45,059 nt of DNA from Candidatus Pacebacteria bacterium CG10_big_fil_rev_8_21_14_0_10_56_10 (GCA_002772645.1 PFDK01000007.1:54852-99910); one strand, 5' to 3'. Shown: positions 16,730 through 25,021, counted from the first letter of the stretch. Notes: generated from the sequence alone by a model not told the origin. Made by a program: numbers and translations.

Positions 16730-18862
16730 CTACAGCTGGCCGACCAGTTCGGCGTGGTGATCGGCGGCCATCCGTTCGGCGATGGCTTGTCTGAGCGGAG
16801 CTACTTGCTCGGCGGACAGCGAACCGTCCGGGTCTTGGTAAGTGATGCGGAAGGTGAAGTTGCGCCGGTACTGCGAGGTCAGCTCAACGCGCTCGATCAG
16901 CGGACTGACTGTCTTGATACTGTCCAGCACCGGGCCGATAGCCCGAGAAGCCGGGATCGAGAACGTCATGTCTTCGATCAGCGGCGGGTTGGCGGTGATC
17001 GGTTGGTACTGAGGATGGCCCCGCTTAACTGCCGCCAGCTGGGTTACTAGTAGGTCCAGGATCACGGTCCCATCGTCAGTGATGCCCAGCGTTCCCAACC
17101 GCTCATCAGGGCTTGGCTGGTTGCTCCGGTCTGTTTGACCGGCCCGGGCCCTGGTGCTGATCTCAGCCAGCTGGCGGTACGCTCCCCGGCCAGCTTCGAC
17201 AGTTTCCAGTTTCAGCTCCGGCAGAAAGAACTTATCGACCATTGCTTCCAGCAAGCCGCGGAGTTGGCGGTGATCGCCGCGCCGCGCCAGTGTCAGGTGG
17301 AGGACCTGTTCGGGCAGTTGGCCTTGACGAGGGTGGTAGGTGTAGGCTTGTTCAAACACACCCAGCTTAAGTCGGTTCGGGTTGGCGTCAAGCGCTTCTC
17401 TGAGTGATGGCACCAGGCTTTGTCGCAGGTAAGAGCGGTCCTCGGTCAAGGGATTAACCAGCTCAAGGTGTTCTTCGAACGGCCAGCCGCTTTCGGCTGC
17501 CAGCTGACGGCTGACCATTGAGTAGGTGTAAACTTCCTGCCAGCCCAGCGCTGCCAGCCAGTTTTTGAGCTGGTCTTCCAGCACAAAGTCATCGCCACTG
17601 GGCTTGTCGGTGGGCAGGGCGGTGGCCATCAGCCGGCCCGGCAAGCGATGGTAGCCGTAGATCCGGGCCACTTCCTCGATCAAGTCCGCGGGGATTGTCA
17701 GGTCAGGTCGAAAACTGGGCGGGGTGACCGTCAGTAGGGTGTCTGGGTCTGTGGGGCTTGTGGAGTCCGCAGTACCGCCCACAGCACCGCCGGCAGTGCC
17801 GTCGGAGCTTACTGCCCTCTCCATTCTTTCAGGCCCTTTGGCCCCGGGCCGAACAACCACCTGACAGCCCAACTGCTCGAGAATGTGCGCTACCTTTCGG
17901 CTCGGCAGCTCCACTCCCAAGTAGGTGGTCAGCTGGCTTAGGAAAACGCTGATCTCGGTCGGTTGATGAGGGTGGGGAAAGTCGTCATAGAGCTGGCTGG
18001 CTACTTTGGCCCCGCACAGCCGCCGGTACATCTCAATGCCGCGCAGCATCACCGCTTCGCCCAAGTGAGGATCGACATTCTTTTCGTTGAGCTGGGCAGC
18101 TACCGTCCTGATAGCATGCGTCATGCTGGCAAAACGGACCTTATGAGGATCGAGCGACTCGATCCACAGCAGGATCTGAGTGGTACTGTCGTCGACTGAG
18201 CTGTTAGCAGTGCCCTTGATGGCAGGCAAGTCGATGATCTCACCGGCCGCGTTCTTAAACACCACTTCACCGCCGACCGTTTGGTAGGTTTCGCCGTCTA
18301 AAGTAGTAAATGACTCGCCGGCCTCGGCCTCGGTGACGATGATCTGGCCGCCCAGTTTGACGATCTTGTCGTAGTCAAAAGCGTGGCAGGGATGGCCCAG
18401 CTCGTGGGTGACGTAGTTGGTGATGTCGATGGCCGCGTGATGGACGTTTTGGTCAACTTGGAGCAGTCGGCGGGCCATCCAGTCAGGGGTGGCAGTGTGC
18501 TTTACATTAGTCAGCACCACGGCCATGATCCGCTTGCTCAGCTCCGGGTTGTTGACGATGTCCGGCAGCGGTAGCTGTCGGGACTTGGCAGGCGATGGCG
18601 GTCGGTCCAGCTCCAGCGCTTTGAGCCGAGCCGGCAAGTCGGCATGTCTTAAGATCACCGCCGCTTCTCGGGCCAGGCCCCGGACCGACATGGCGTCTAC
18701 CCGGTTGGTAGTTACTTCGATGTCGTACACCGCCTCGCCGTCGCGCTCTTGGACGCGCTCAACAGACGGCCCGCTCAACGACAACAACTCGGCTATTTGC
18801 GGCGGCTGGGCGTCAGTCTCGAGGTGTTCGAGCAGCCAGTGGTGTGGAAGTAAGATGTTCAT
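16730..18862 (-). CDS. pheT: Phenylalanine--tRNA ligase beta subunit, lacking the B2 (OB-fold tRNA-binding) domain
   Basis: YDIEVTTNRVDAMSVRGLAREAAV, the B3/B4 region (NYVTHELGHPCHAFDYDKI), the B5 region and a C-terminal FDX-ACB-like domain. Only ~44 aa precede the TxNRxD motif, against ~150 in E. coli PheT. Confidence 0.85.
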   Translation of the reverse strand: MNILLPHHWLLEHLETDAQPPQIAELLSLSGPSVERVQERDGEAVYDIEVTTNRVDAMSVRGLAREAAVILRHADLPARLKALELDRPPSPAKSRQLPLPDIVNNPELSKRIMAVVLTNVKHTATPDWMARRLLQVDQNVHHAAIDITNYVTHELGHPCHAFDYDKIVKLGGQIIVTEAEAGESFTTLDGETYQTVGGEVVFKNAAGEIIDLPAIKGTANSSVDDSTTQILLWIESLDPHKVRFASMTHAIRTVAAQLNEKNVDPHLGEAVMLRGIEMYRRLCGAKVASQLYDDFPHPHQPTEISVFLSQLTTYLGVELPSRKVAHILEQLGCQVVVRPGAKGPERMERAVSSDGTAGGAVGGTADSTSPTDPDTLLTVTPPSFRPDLTIPADLIEEVARIYGYHRLPGRLMATALPTDKPSGDDFVLEDQLKNWLAALGWQEVYTYSMVSRQLAAESGWPFEEHLELVNPLTEDRSYLRQSLVPSLREALDANPNRLKLGVFEQAYTYHPRQGQLPEQVLHLTLARRGDHRQLRGLLEAMVDKFFLPELKLETVEAGRGAYRQLAEISTRARAGQTDRSNQPSPDERLGTLGITDDGTVILDLLVTQLAAVKRGHPQYQPITANPPLIEDMTFSIPASRAIGPVLDSIKTVSPLIERVELTSQYRRNFTFRITYQDPDGSLSAEQVAPLRQAIAERMAADHHAELVGQL

Positions 18863-18886
18863 TTGTTGTTAGTTCTAGCTGGTTGG

Positions 18887-20749
18887 TTAAAACTGCTCCA
18901 GGAACCGCAGGTCAGCCGAATACAGCAGCCTGATGTCGTCAATGTTGAGACCGGGCTTGAGAGTGTAGGTCCGCTCCACTCCCCAGCCGAAGGCAAAGCC
19001 GGTGTATATATCGGGGTCGATGCCGCCTGCCTTGAGTACGTTGGGATGGACCATGCCGGCTCCGCCCACTTCATGCCAGCCGCCTTTACAGAACCGGCAG
19101 GCGGCAGTTTGGCCGCTTGGTTCGGTAACTTGGCCGCTGCCCTGACAAAGGTGACAACTAAAATCGACTTCGAACGATGGCTCGGTGAACTGGAAGTGAA
19201 ACGGCCGGATCCGGCTCTTGGCCCCAGGGCCGTAAAACTCGGAGGCAAAGTACTCCAAGGTTCCCTTGAGGTGCGGGATTGAGATTCCTCGGTCGATCAC
19301 CATGCCTTCGAACTGGTGGAACATTTGGGTATGAGTGACGTCCTGTTGGCGGCGATAACAGCGGGAAATATTGATCATTCTGATCGGTGGCTGTCCTACC
19401 CGCTCCATTTCCCGGACTTGACCGTTGGAAGTGTGGGTGGTCAGCACCACCTTGCCTTTGGAGGGGTGGGCCGGCGCGTCGACAAAAAAAGTTTCCCACT
19501 CATCACGGGCGGGGTGATTAGGCGGCATGTTGAGGCTTTCGAAGACGTACCAGTCCCAGTCTACTTCCGGGTAACGCACTCTGGTAAAGCCGATCCGTTC
19601 AAAAATCCGAGTAACTTCCGCCACAGCTTGGGAGATAGGGTGAACGTGACCTGCCGGCGGTTTGAGGCCGGGCATGGTCAGGTCAGGCTCGAGCTCCTCT
19701 CTCTCGTCTGCTGATTGGGGCCGGCGGCTGGCCAAACGGGCTAGTTGTGATTCCAGGTCTTGTTTGAGCTGGTTGAGCTGTTTGCCGGCGGCTGGCCGGT
19801 GGGGAGCCGGCACCTCCCTGACCAGCTTGGCCGCTTGGTTAAAAGCGCCTTTTTTTCCTAGATAGCGAACCTTGAGCTCGGCCGCACTGAGCGCGTCGGT
19901 ATCTTTGGCAAAAGCTGTCCTGACCGCCCGCAGTTCATCGTCTAGCCTGGCCAGGCTTGGCAAGCCATGGCCCGTCTGACTGGCTGTGCCTACCTTTTCG
20001 GGTGTCACTGTTTTCCCAGCCCCGTCCTGGCGTTTAGGCTGAGCGACTTGATAGAACAGCCGCCACTCATCGCGGTGGCGCGCTACCCCGTCCAGCCGGA
20101 CCGGCCACGACTCTCCGGTAGACTTAAGGTGGGTACCGCCGTCGGGCATTGGCGGGTACAGCCCGATCTGGACGATCCGCAGCTCCTTGTTGTCGTGCAG
20201 ATCGGCCGGCAGTTTTACTTGCCGCCGACGCAGTTCTTCCAGCGTCGTTAGTTCGGCAGTGACCAGTTCGTCGTCGGCAATAACTTTGTCAACGGCCAGC
20301 TGAATATCGGCCAGCTGGTGATCTCTGATGGCTTGTTCGAAGGCGATGTAACTGCGCTTAGCTATGCCGTGGTTGCCGTCCAGGCTGCGGTTGTCTGGCA
20401 TAACTGTTGCCACTGCCTGGTCAACGATGTGCCCAGCGGTGTGGAGCTGCATGTGGTAGTAGCGCCGCGGCCAGTCCAGCTCTAGCTCGACCGGGTCACC
20501 CACTGCCAGCTCTCCAGCCAGTTTACCCTTGTGGAGTACTTCCCCATCGTTGTACGAAGCGTGACTGATCTCCAGCCGGCCGTTCGGTCCGGTGATCACC
20601 CCCCAATCGCTCGGTTGGCCACCGCCTTGCGGGTAGAAGATAGTTTGATCTAGTACTACTGCTGTTTGCTTACCCTCCACCACTTCCTGGACCGTAGCCG
20701 ACAATGTTTGCTGGTAGGCGTTCTTCAAGTAGATGAGCTTAGTTTTCAT
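18887..20749 (-). CDS. pheS: Phenylalanine--tRNA ligase alpha subunit fused to an N-terminal AlaX-like (tRNA_SAD) editing-type domain
   Basis: Single 620-aa frame. Residues 1-235 are AlaX-like: FYPQGGGQPSDWG, HTAGH, LRIVQIG..PDGGTHLKSTGE. Residues ~266-620 are PheS: NMPPNHPARDEWETFF, FQFTEPSFEVD, a Cys4 knuckle, GFAFGWGVERT, and the ending DLRFLEQF. Confidence 0.85.
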   Translation of the reverse strand: MKTKLIYLKNAYQQTLSATVQEVVEGKQTAVVLDQTIFYPQGGGQPSDWGVITGPNGRLEISHASYNDGEVLHKGKLAGELAVGDPVELELDWPRRYYHMQLHTAGHIVDQAVATVMPDNRSLDGNHGIAKRSYIAFEQAIRDHQLADIQLAVDKVIADDELVTAELTTLEELRRRQVKLPADLHDNKELRIVQIGLYPPMPDGGTHLKSTGESWPVRLDGVARHRDEWRLFYQVAQPKRQDGAGKTVTPEKVGTASQTGHGLPSLARLDDELRAVRTAFAKDTDALSAAELKVRYLGKKGAFNQAAKLVREVPAPHRPAAGKQLNQLKQDLESQLARLASRRPQSADEREELEPDLTMPGLKPPAGHVHPISQAVAEVTRIFERIGFTRVRYPEVDWDWYVFESLNMPPNHPARDEWETFFVDAPAHPSKGKVVLTTHTSNGQVREMERVGQPPIRMINISRCYRRQQDVTHTQMFHQFEGMVIDRGISIPHLKGTLEYFASEFYGPGAKSRIRPFHFQFTEPSFEVDFSCHLCQGSGQVTEPSGQTAACRFCKGGWHEVGGAGMVHPNVLKAGGIDPDIYTGFAFGWGVERTYTLKPGLNIDDIRLLYSADLRFLEQF

Positions 20750-20821
20750 GCTGGTGGCTATCTTTTCCCCACATTGCTCAAGTTCGGACCGATGATGACC
20801 ATCACTTTAGTCATAAAAAGT

Positions 20822-20830
20822 ATTGTAACA
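20822..20830 (-). promoter_or_regulatory. Extended -10 promoter candidate (TGtTACAAT) for pheST
   Basis: The minus strand reads gcTGtTACAATac, located between the rplT terminator and the pheS ATG. That would give a ~70-nt leader. Confidence 0.4.
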
Positions 20831-20895
20831 GCGGTTGGCGGTCTGATACTAAAGGGCTTGATGCAGAGCGGCCTGCCAATTGGTCCAACATAACT

Positions 20896-20917
20896 AAAAA
20901 ACCCCGCGGTGCGGGGT
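20896..20917 (-). terminator. Rho-independent terminator after rplT
   Basis: The minus strand reads ACCCCGC-ACC-GCGGGG followed by TTTTTT (plus strand aaaaaaccccgcggtgcggggt). Confidence 0.8.
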
Positions 20918-20946
20918 AAGTTGTTAGGACAAGTTGAGCGCCAACC

Positions 20947-21297
20947 TTACCGCACCTGATCCACAATACTGCTAAAAGTGGCCGGGTCGGTGGCGGCCAG
21001 CTCGGCCAGCATTTTCCGGTTGAGAGCAATGTGGTTGGCTTTGAGCGCTTTCATGAACCGCGAGTAGTTAAGGTTGTCGTCAACGGCGCGAACCCCGGCG
21101 TTAATCCGGATTATCCACAACTGACGCAGGTCGCGCTTGCGCAGTTTACGGCCGATGTAGGCGTACTGGCCGGCGTGAAGCAAAGCTTCTTTGGCCCGCT
21201 TGTACAGCCGGTTGTTGGCCCCGCGGTACCCTTTGGTTTGGGACAAGACTTTTTTGTGCCGGTGACGGCGGGTGGTTCCGGTAGTGGTGCGAGGCAT
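20947..21297 (-). CDS. rplT: 50S ribosomal protein L20
   Basis: MPRTTTGTTRRHRHKKVLSQTKGYRGA...RKRDLRQLWIIRINA is the L20 consensus. Confidence 0.9.
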   Translation of the reverse strand: MPRTTTGTTRRHRHKKVLSQTKGYRGANNRLYKRAKEALLHAGQYAYIGRKLRKRDLRQLWIIRINAGVRAVDDNLNYSRFMKALKANHIALNRKMLAELAATDPATFSSIVDQVR

Positions 21298-21333
21298 AGT
21301 TGAGTGACGAGATATTGTAAGTGGTACTGGGTA

Positions 21334-21537
21334 TTAACCGACGGCCAGCATTCGTTTGATCCGTTTGGCCCACACTCCGGTGACCTCGATCGGCTGGCGG
21401 TAAGCTCGGATCGCTTTTTTACTTTTGCGCCGCCGCAAGTGCCGCATATTCTGGGCCCGGCGAAGAACTTTACCGCTGGCGGTGATCTTGAACCGGCGCT
21501 CAGCGCTTTTTCTGGTTTTTTGTTTATAGCTAGTCAT
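21334..21537 (-). CDS. rpmI: 50S ribosomal protein L35
   Basis: KQKTRKSAERRFKITASGKVLRRAQNMRHL is the L35 pattern. It sits in the infC-rpmI-rplT operon order. Confidence 0.9.
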   Translation of the reverse strand: MTSYKQKTRKSAERRFKITASGKVLRRAQNMRHLRRRKSKKAIRAYRQPIEVTGVWAKRIKRMLAVG

Positions 21538-21574
21538 AACTGTGGTCCTCTGCTCGGTTGATTGGCCCGGCTTC

Positions 21575-22144
21575 TTAAGTGGCGGCTGGTTTAAGCCCGT
21601 TCTTGACTGGCATTAGCTGAGCTACCAGGCTGCGGCCCACCATTTTGGGCTGACGTTCAACATCGGCCAGTTCGGTAGTTTCCGCAAAGACACGCTTAAA
21701 CATCTCGTACCCAAACTCTTTTTTAGTGATCGACCGCCCTTTGAACAGCAGTGACAACTTGACCTTGTCGCCTTTGTTTAAAAAACGGATCACCCGTCCC
21801 AACCGCGCTTGAAAGTCGTTATCGCTCATGAACGGCGTAAACCGAACCTCTTTGAGCTCCTGAGCCTTAGCCTTTTTGCGCTGCTGGGCTAAGCGCTGTT
21901 GGAGCTGATACCTATGCTTGGCTAGTTCGATGATCTTGGCCACCGGCGGCTTAGCTTGTTCGGTAATCAGCACCAGGTCCTTGTTGGCTTGCCGCGCTTG
22001 GGACACGGCTTCCCTGGTAGGCATCACCCCGATCATGTCACCCTGCTCGGACAACACTCGGACCTGAGGAAAGTGAATTTGGTTGTTAATTTTGACGTAA
22101 ATTCGCGACGAGCGATGTCTTTGTTTGGAGCGACGTTTAATCAC
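21575..22144 (-). CDS. infC: Translation initiation factor IF-3
   Basis: INNQIHFPQVRVLSEQGDMIGVMPTREAVSQARQANKDLVLI and the C-domain pattern. The track start is GTG at 22144, followed immediately by ATT. Confidence 0.85.
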   Translation of the reverse strand: MIKRRSKQRHRSSRIYVKINNQIHFPQVRVLSEQGDMIGVMPTREAVSQARQANKDLVLITEQAKPPVAKIIELAKHRYQLQQRLAQQRKKAKAQELKEVRFTPFMSDNDFQARLGRVIRFLNKGDKVKLSLLFKGRSITKKEFGYEMFKRVFAETTELADVERQPKMVGRSLVAQLMPVKNGLKPAAT

Positions 22145-22261
22145 TGATGATGTGGCTTAGTAGCAACCTTACTTTAAGTACATGCTGGCTAAACAGCCAG
22201 GCGGTTATTATACCAGGTCGGGTTGCCTGGTGTATAATCGGCGTTCTAAAGCACCTCGCTC

Positions 22262-22335
22262 GACCGCTTAGCTCAGTTGGCCAGAGCGCTACGTTGACAT
22301 CGTAGAGGTCGGAGGTTCAAGTCCTCCAGCGGTCA
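22262..22335 (+). tRNA. tRNA-Val (anticodon GAC)
   Basis: Cloverleaf folded by hand: acceptor GACCGCT/AGCGGTC, D stem GCTC/GAGC, anticodon stem CTACG/CGTAG with loop TTGACAT, T arm GGAGG-TTCAAGT-CCTCC. 74 nt; CCA is not encoded. Confidence 0.9.
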
Positions 22336-22351
22336 CTCGACTGGCGGCTTG

Positions 22352-23047
22352 TTACCCGGCGCTGGTAGCCTGGCTCATTTCGTGGTGCATCAAGTCATGC
22401 GTCTTTTTGCCGGCTTTACCAGTCATGCCTAGAGTAGGACCGCGCTTGCTGCGTTTTTTGCTAACGATGGCGCGCGTGTAGCTCAACCAGGTGGCGGCAC
22501 TCTTGACACGCTGGCGCAACAGCATGATCAGTTGCTTGAGCTTTTGGAAAAAGTTCAGGTGGTAGGCACCTGTCTGACCGGGATTGACCACTTCCTGAGC
22601 AACGGCGATGTCGATATCTTTATTAAGCTGGCCCACGTCGCTAACCAGCAGTCTTAGTTCCTGGCGCAGTTGATCAATCTCTCGCTTAACTTGTTGTTCC
22701 CGGGCGTTGAAAACATCGGTGGCGTCTAGGGGATTAAGCTCTTTGTGGAGCCGCTGTCGCGCTGCTTCTTTTTTTTGGTGGCGCTGAAGTTCTGCTTGAC
22801 GCCGCTGGAGCGCTATGGGATTGTTGAGCAGCTCGGGGAACCCGTCGGGAAATTGCCCGCCGGTTTTAGCCATGGCTTCGCTGAGCGGGTAGTCGTTGCC
22901 CGAGCTGGTTGGACTGGCGTCCTGGTTACCCGCCCGCTGAGCAGACTCAGCCATAGCCCGGGCTAAGGGATTATTGCCGGCCGACTGCTGAGGTGAGTTG
23001 GAATGAGCGTTGCCAGTAGTGTTCATGGTTAGCGATGTTCGGACCAC
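22352..23047 (-). CDS. Hypothetical coiled-coil protein
   Basis: 231-aa ORF; the ATG at 23026 is an alternative start. It has a Q/N/S-rich N-terminus, a central heptad-like region (REQQVKREIDQLRQELRLLVSDVGQLNKDI) and a basic C-terminus. I recognise no family. Confidence 0.45.
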   Translation of the reverse strand: MVRTSLTMNTTGNAHSNSPQQSAGNNPLARAMAESAQRAGNQDASPTSSGNDYPLSEAMAKTGGQFPDGFPELLNNPIALQRRQAELQRHQKKEAARQRLHKELNPLDATDVFNAREQQVKREIDQLRQELRLLVSDVGQLNKDIDIAVAQEVVNPGQTGAYHLNFFQKLKQLIMLLRQRVKSAATWLSYTRAIVSKKRSKRGPTLGMTGKAGKKTHDLMHHEMSQATSAG

Positions 23048-23158
23048 TAAGACACTAAAAGCCGTGAATTATAGGCTTGATATTGGCCGGTGCCGATTGA
23101 GCCGATTATACCACGGTCAACAAGCTGGTTTAGTCGAGGAAAATCGGTTACCGAACGC

Positions 23159-24124
23159 CTAGAGCGACAACAAGTGGGTGGTGAGCATTTCTCTGGTAAC
23201 TAAATTGTGGGCGTGTCGCTCCAACTCAGTTTGAGGGATGTCATTACCGTAACGTTTCTTCAGGCCTGCTTGTTGGGCGGCAACATCTTTTGAAGCCGGC
23301 TTGAGGTTGGCGTGCTCGATGATGGCAGACAAGATCGCCTCGAGTTGGAGCTGTCCGAGGGCGCTGATAGCCAGTTCCTGAGAAAGTTGCTCAAAACTCT
23401 GCTGGCGCCGGGCCAGGTAGTCATCGAGCGAGATCTTTAAGTTATCGAGACTGGTGACCAAGTGATACAGCTCGTGCTTGGTCCGTTCTTTGAGCAGTAG
23501 TTGGGGGATGGCCGGCTGGAGAGCGGTCACCAAGGCTTGGTAGACGTGCTGGAGGCGCAGTTGGGCCTCGTCGAAGCCGGCTGGCTGGTCTACTGGCCGT
23601 TGGGCCTGCTGCTTTTTTGGCTGGGCTTGGCGCCTGGTGATTTCTTGCCGAGCCGCCTCAAGGCCCTTCTTGACGTGATGTTGGTACCTGTCCAGCTTAA
23701 CTTGGGGGGCCTGGGCAAACTGGGCTTCCACTTCCCAGCTCTGGCCGAACTCCAGCTTGAGAGGCTTGAACTCCGGCTGAGTGACTGGACGATAAGCTGA
23801 GGCTGCGATGGCTTGGTTGTAGTGGTCCGGCAGTAGTTGTTCGAGTGTCTTTTCGATCAGTTTTGGGCGGCCGATAACGTCCTCTGCCACCGACAGCGGG
23901 ACTTTGCCTTGGCGAAAGCCCGGCTGTTTGACGTGTTGGGCCTGTTGTTTAAGCGCAGCTTGGTACACCGGCTTGACTTCCGACCATTCCAGCTCCAGCT
24001 TGATGGCGGTGTTGTCGGCGATCACTGGAGGCCGCTTGGCCCCGGGCTGATCTTGCTCGGTGCTCTTGTGCTGAGGACCACGCCGGTTAGCGTCGCCACT
24101 TGGCTTTTTATCTGATCTGGCCAT
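23159..24124 (-). CDS. tig: Trigger factor lacking the PPIase domain
   Basis: Contains the ribosome-binding signature GFRQGKVP in the N domain. The C-terminal arm domain follows directly, leaving no room for the ~100-aa FKBP domain. The track start at 24133 lies inside a TATAAT box, so the ATG at 24124 (MARSDKK) is the likelier start. Confidence 0.7.
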   Translation of the reverse strand: MARSDKKPSGDANRRGPQHKSTEQDQPGAKRPPVIADNTAIKLELEWSEVKPVYQAALKQQAQHVKQPGFRQGKVPLSVAEDVIGRPKLIEKTLEQLLPDHYNQAIAASAYRPVTQPEFKPLKLEFGQSWEVEAQFAQAPQVKLDRYQHHVKKGLEAARQEITRRQAQPKKQQAQRPVDQPAGFDEAQLRLQHVYQALVTALQPAIPQLLLKERTKHELYHLVTSLDNLKISLDDYLARRQQSFEQLSQELAISALGQLQLEAILSAIIEHANLKPASKDVAAQQAGLKKRYGNDIPQTELERHAHNLVTREMLTTHLLSL

Positions 24125-24131
24125 GGCGCGC

Positions 24132-24137
24132 ATTATA
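24132..24137 (-). promoter_or_regulatory. -10 box TATAAT, 7 nt upstream of the tig ATG at 24124 (leaderless geometry)
   Basis: The minus strand reads cgaTATAATgcgcgccATG. Confidence 0.45.
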
Positions 24138-24170
24138 TCGTACAGCGGCTGTTTGCTTTGAGGCTGGCGT

Positions 24171-24179
24171 TGGTATAAT
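24171..24179 (+). promoter_or_regulatory. Extended -10 box TGgTATAAT, 8 nt upstream of the ATG at 24188 (leaderless geometry)
   Basis: The plus strand reads cgtTGgTATAATcaatctctATG. Confidence 0.5.
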
Positions 24180-24187
24180 CAATCTCT

Positions 24188-25021
24188 ATGGCCGGACAGC
24201 GCCGGGAAGCGGTTATTCTCCACGTTATTTGTGACTACACTCCCAACGGTCTAGAGTTTGGCGAGATTTCTTCTCGATTGCAGTACCACTTGGACGACCC
24301 GCACGGCGTGCGGATACATCCAACTTCGGTGCCTCCTCTTGATACGATGGCCATCGGCTTCGTCACCGCCCAGTACGCGCTGGCCCCTCACGAAGGCAAG
24401 CTGGTAACTTACGGCAACGCCGCTCCTCGCCGCGGCGACAGCCGGGCCAGGCAGGCCAATGTCGGGGCCGGCCTCAAGTACGCTCGGCTCGACAATGGTG
24501 TCGAGATCTTCAACGTTTACTCCGAGTTTGCTTTCGGCTTTCTCAAAGACAGGATCGTCGAGTTGCGCGACGTTGACGCTCCGACTGCCGGCTCTCAGTT
24601 CCGCTCCCGCGATTTTTTTCCGGAGCGGGTAGCCCGGCTGATCAACGGCGATCGTTCAGTGCTGACTACCAAGTTAGCCATTGACGACATTCCGGACATC
24701 CCGTCCAACTTAGTAGCTTGGACCGACGGCTTCGGCAACATCAAGACCACCATGCGGTTGTCTCAGCTGCGGCGGCAGGGTTGGAGCGTTGGCCAGAAAC
24801 TGCAGGTCATTCTCAACGGGGTGAGCATGCTAGGGGTGGTGTCCGAAGGCGGCTTTACGGTTGACCGCGGCGTACTGGCGGTCAATGCTGGCTCCTCTGG
24901 TTACGACGACCCGTTCATTGAGCTCTTTTTGCGCGTCCACCACATGAGCGAGAAGACGGCGGCGGTCAGGTTTGACTTCCCGCCGGGCGGGACTGAGCTT
25001 GAGTTCAAGCCGGTCGAGTGA
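24188..25021 (+). CDS. Divergent DUF62 / SAM hydroxide adenosyltransferase (chlorinase-fluorinase superfamily)-like protein
   Basis: Family-like motifs are ICDYTPNG (cf. TDFG), LDNGVE (cf. PDNG), QFRSRDFFPERVARLING (cf. FHGRDIFAPVAAHLA.G) and TDGFGNIKTT (cf. D.FGN..TN). The DPGVG motif is not conserved (YGNAAPRRG). Confidence 0.55.
   Translation: MAGQRREAVILHVICDYTPNGLEFGEISSRLQYHLDDPHGVRIHPTSVPPLDTMAIGFVTAQYALAPHEGKLVTYGNAAPRRGDSRARQANVGAGLKYARLDNGVEIFNVYSEFAFGFLKDRIVELRDVDAPTAGSQFRSRDFFPERVARLINGDRSVLTTKLAIDDIPDIPSNLVAWTDGFGNIKTTMRLSQLRRQGWSVGQKLQVILNGVSMLGVVSEGGFTVDRGVLAVNAGSSGYDDPFIELFLRVHHMSEKTAAVRFDFPPGGTELEFKPVE

Noticed and set aside
22201-22238. TATAAT at 22233-22238 with an ACCAGG/CCTGGT inverted repeat, considered as the tRNA-Val promoter
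   Set aside because: It is plausible, since it lies 24 nt before the tRNA. But there is no -35 element and no correctly spaced TG extension, and the inverted repeat overlaps it. I left it out of the features as unsupported.
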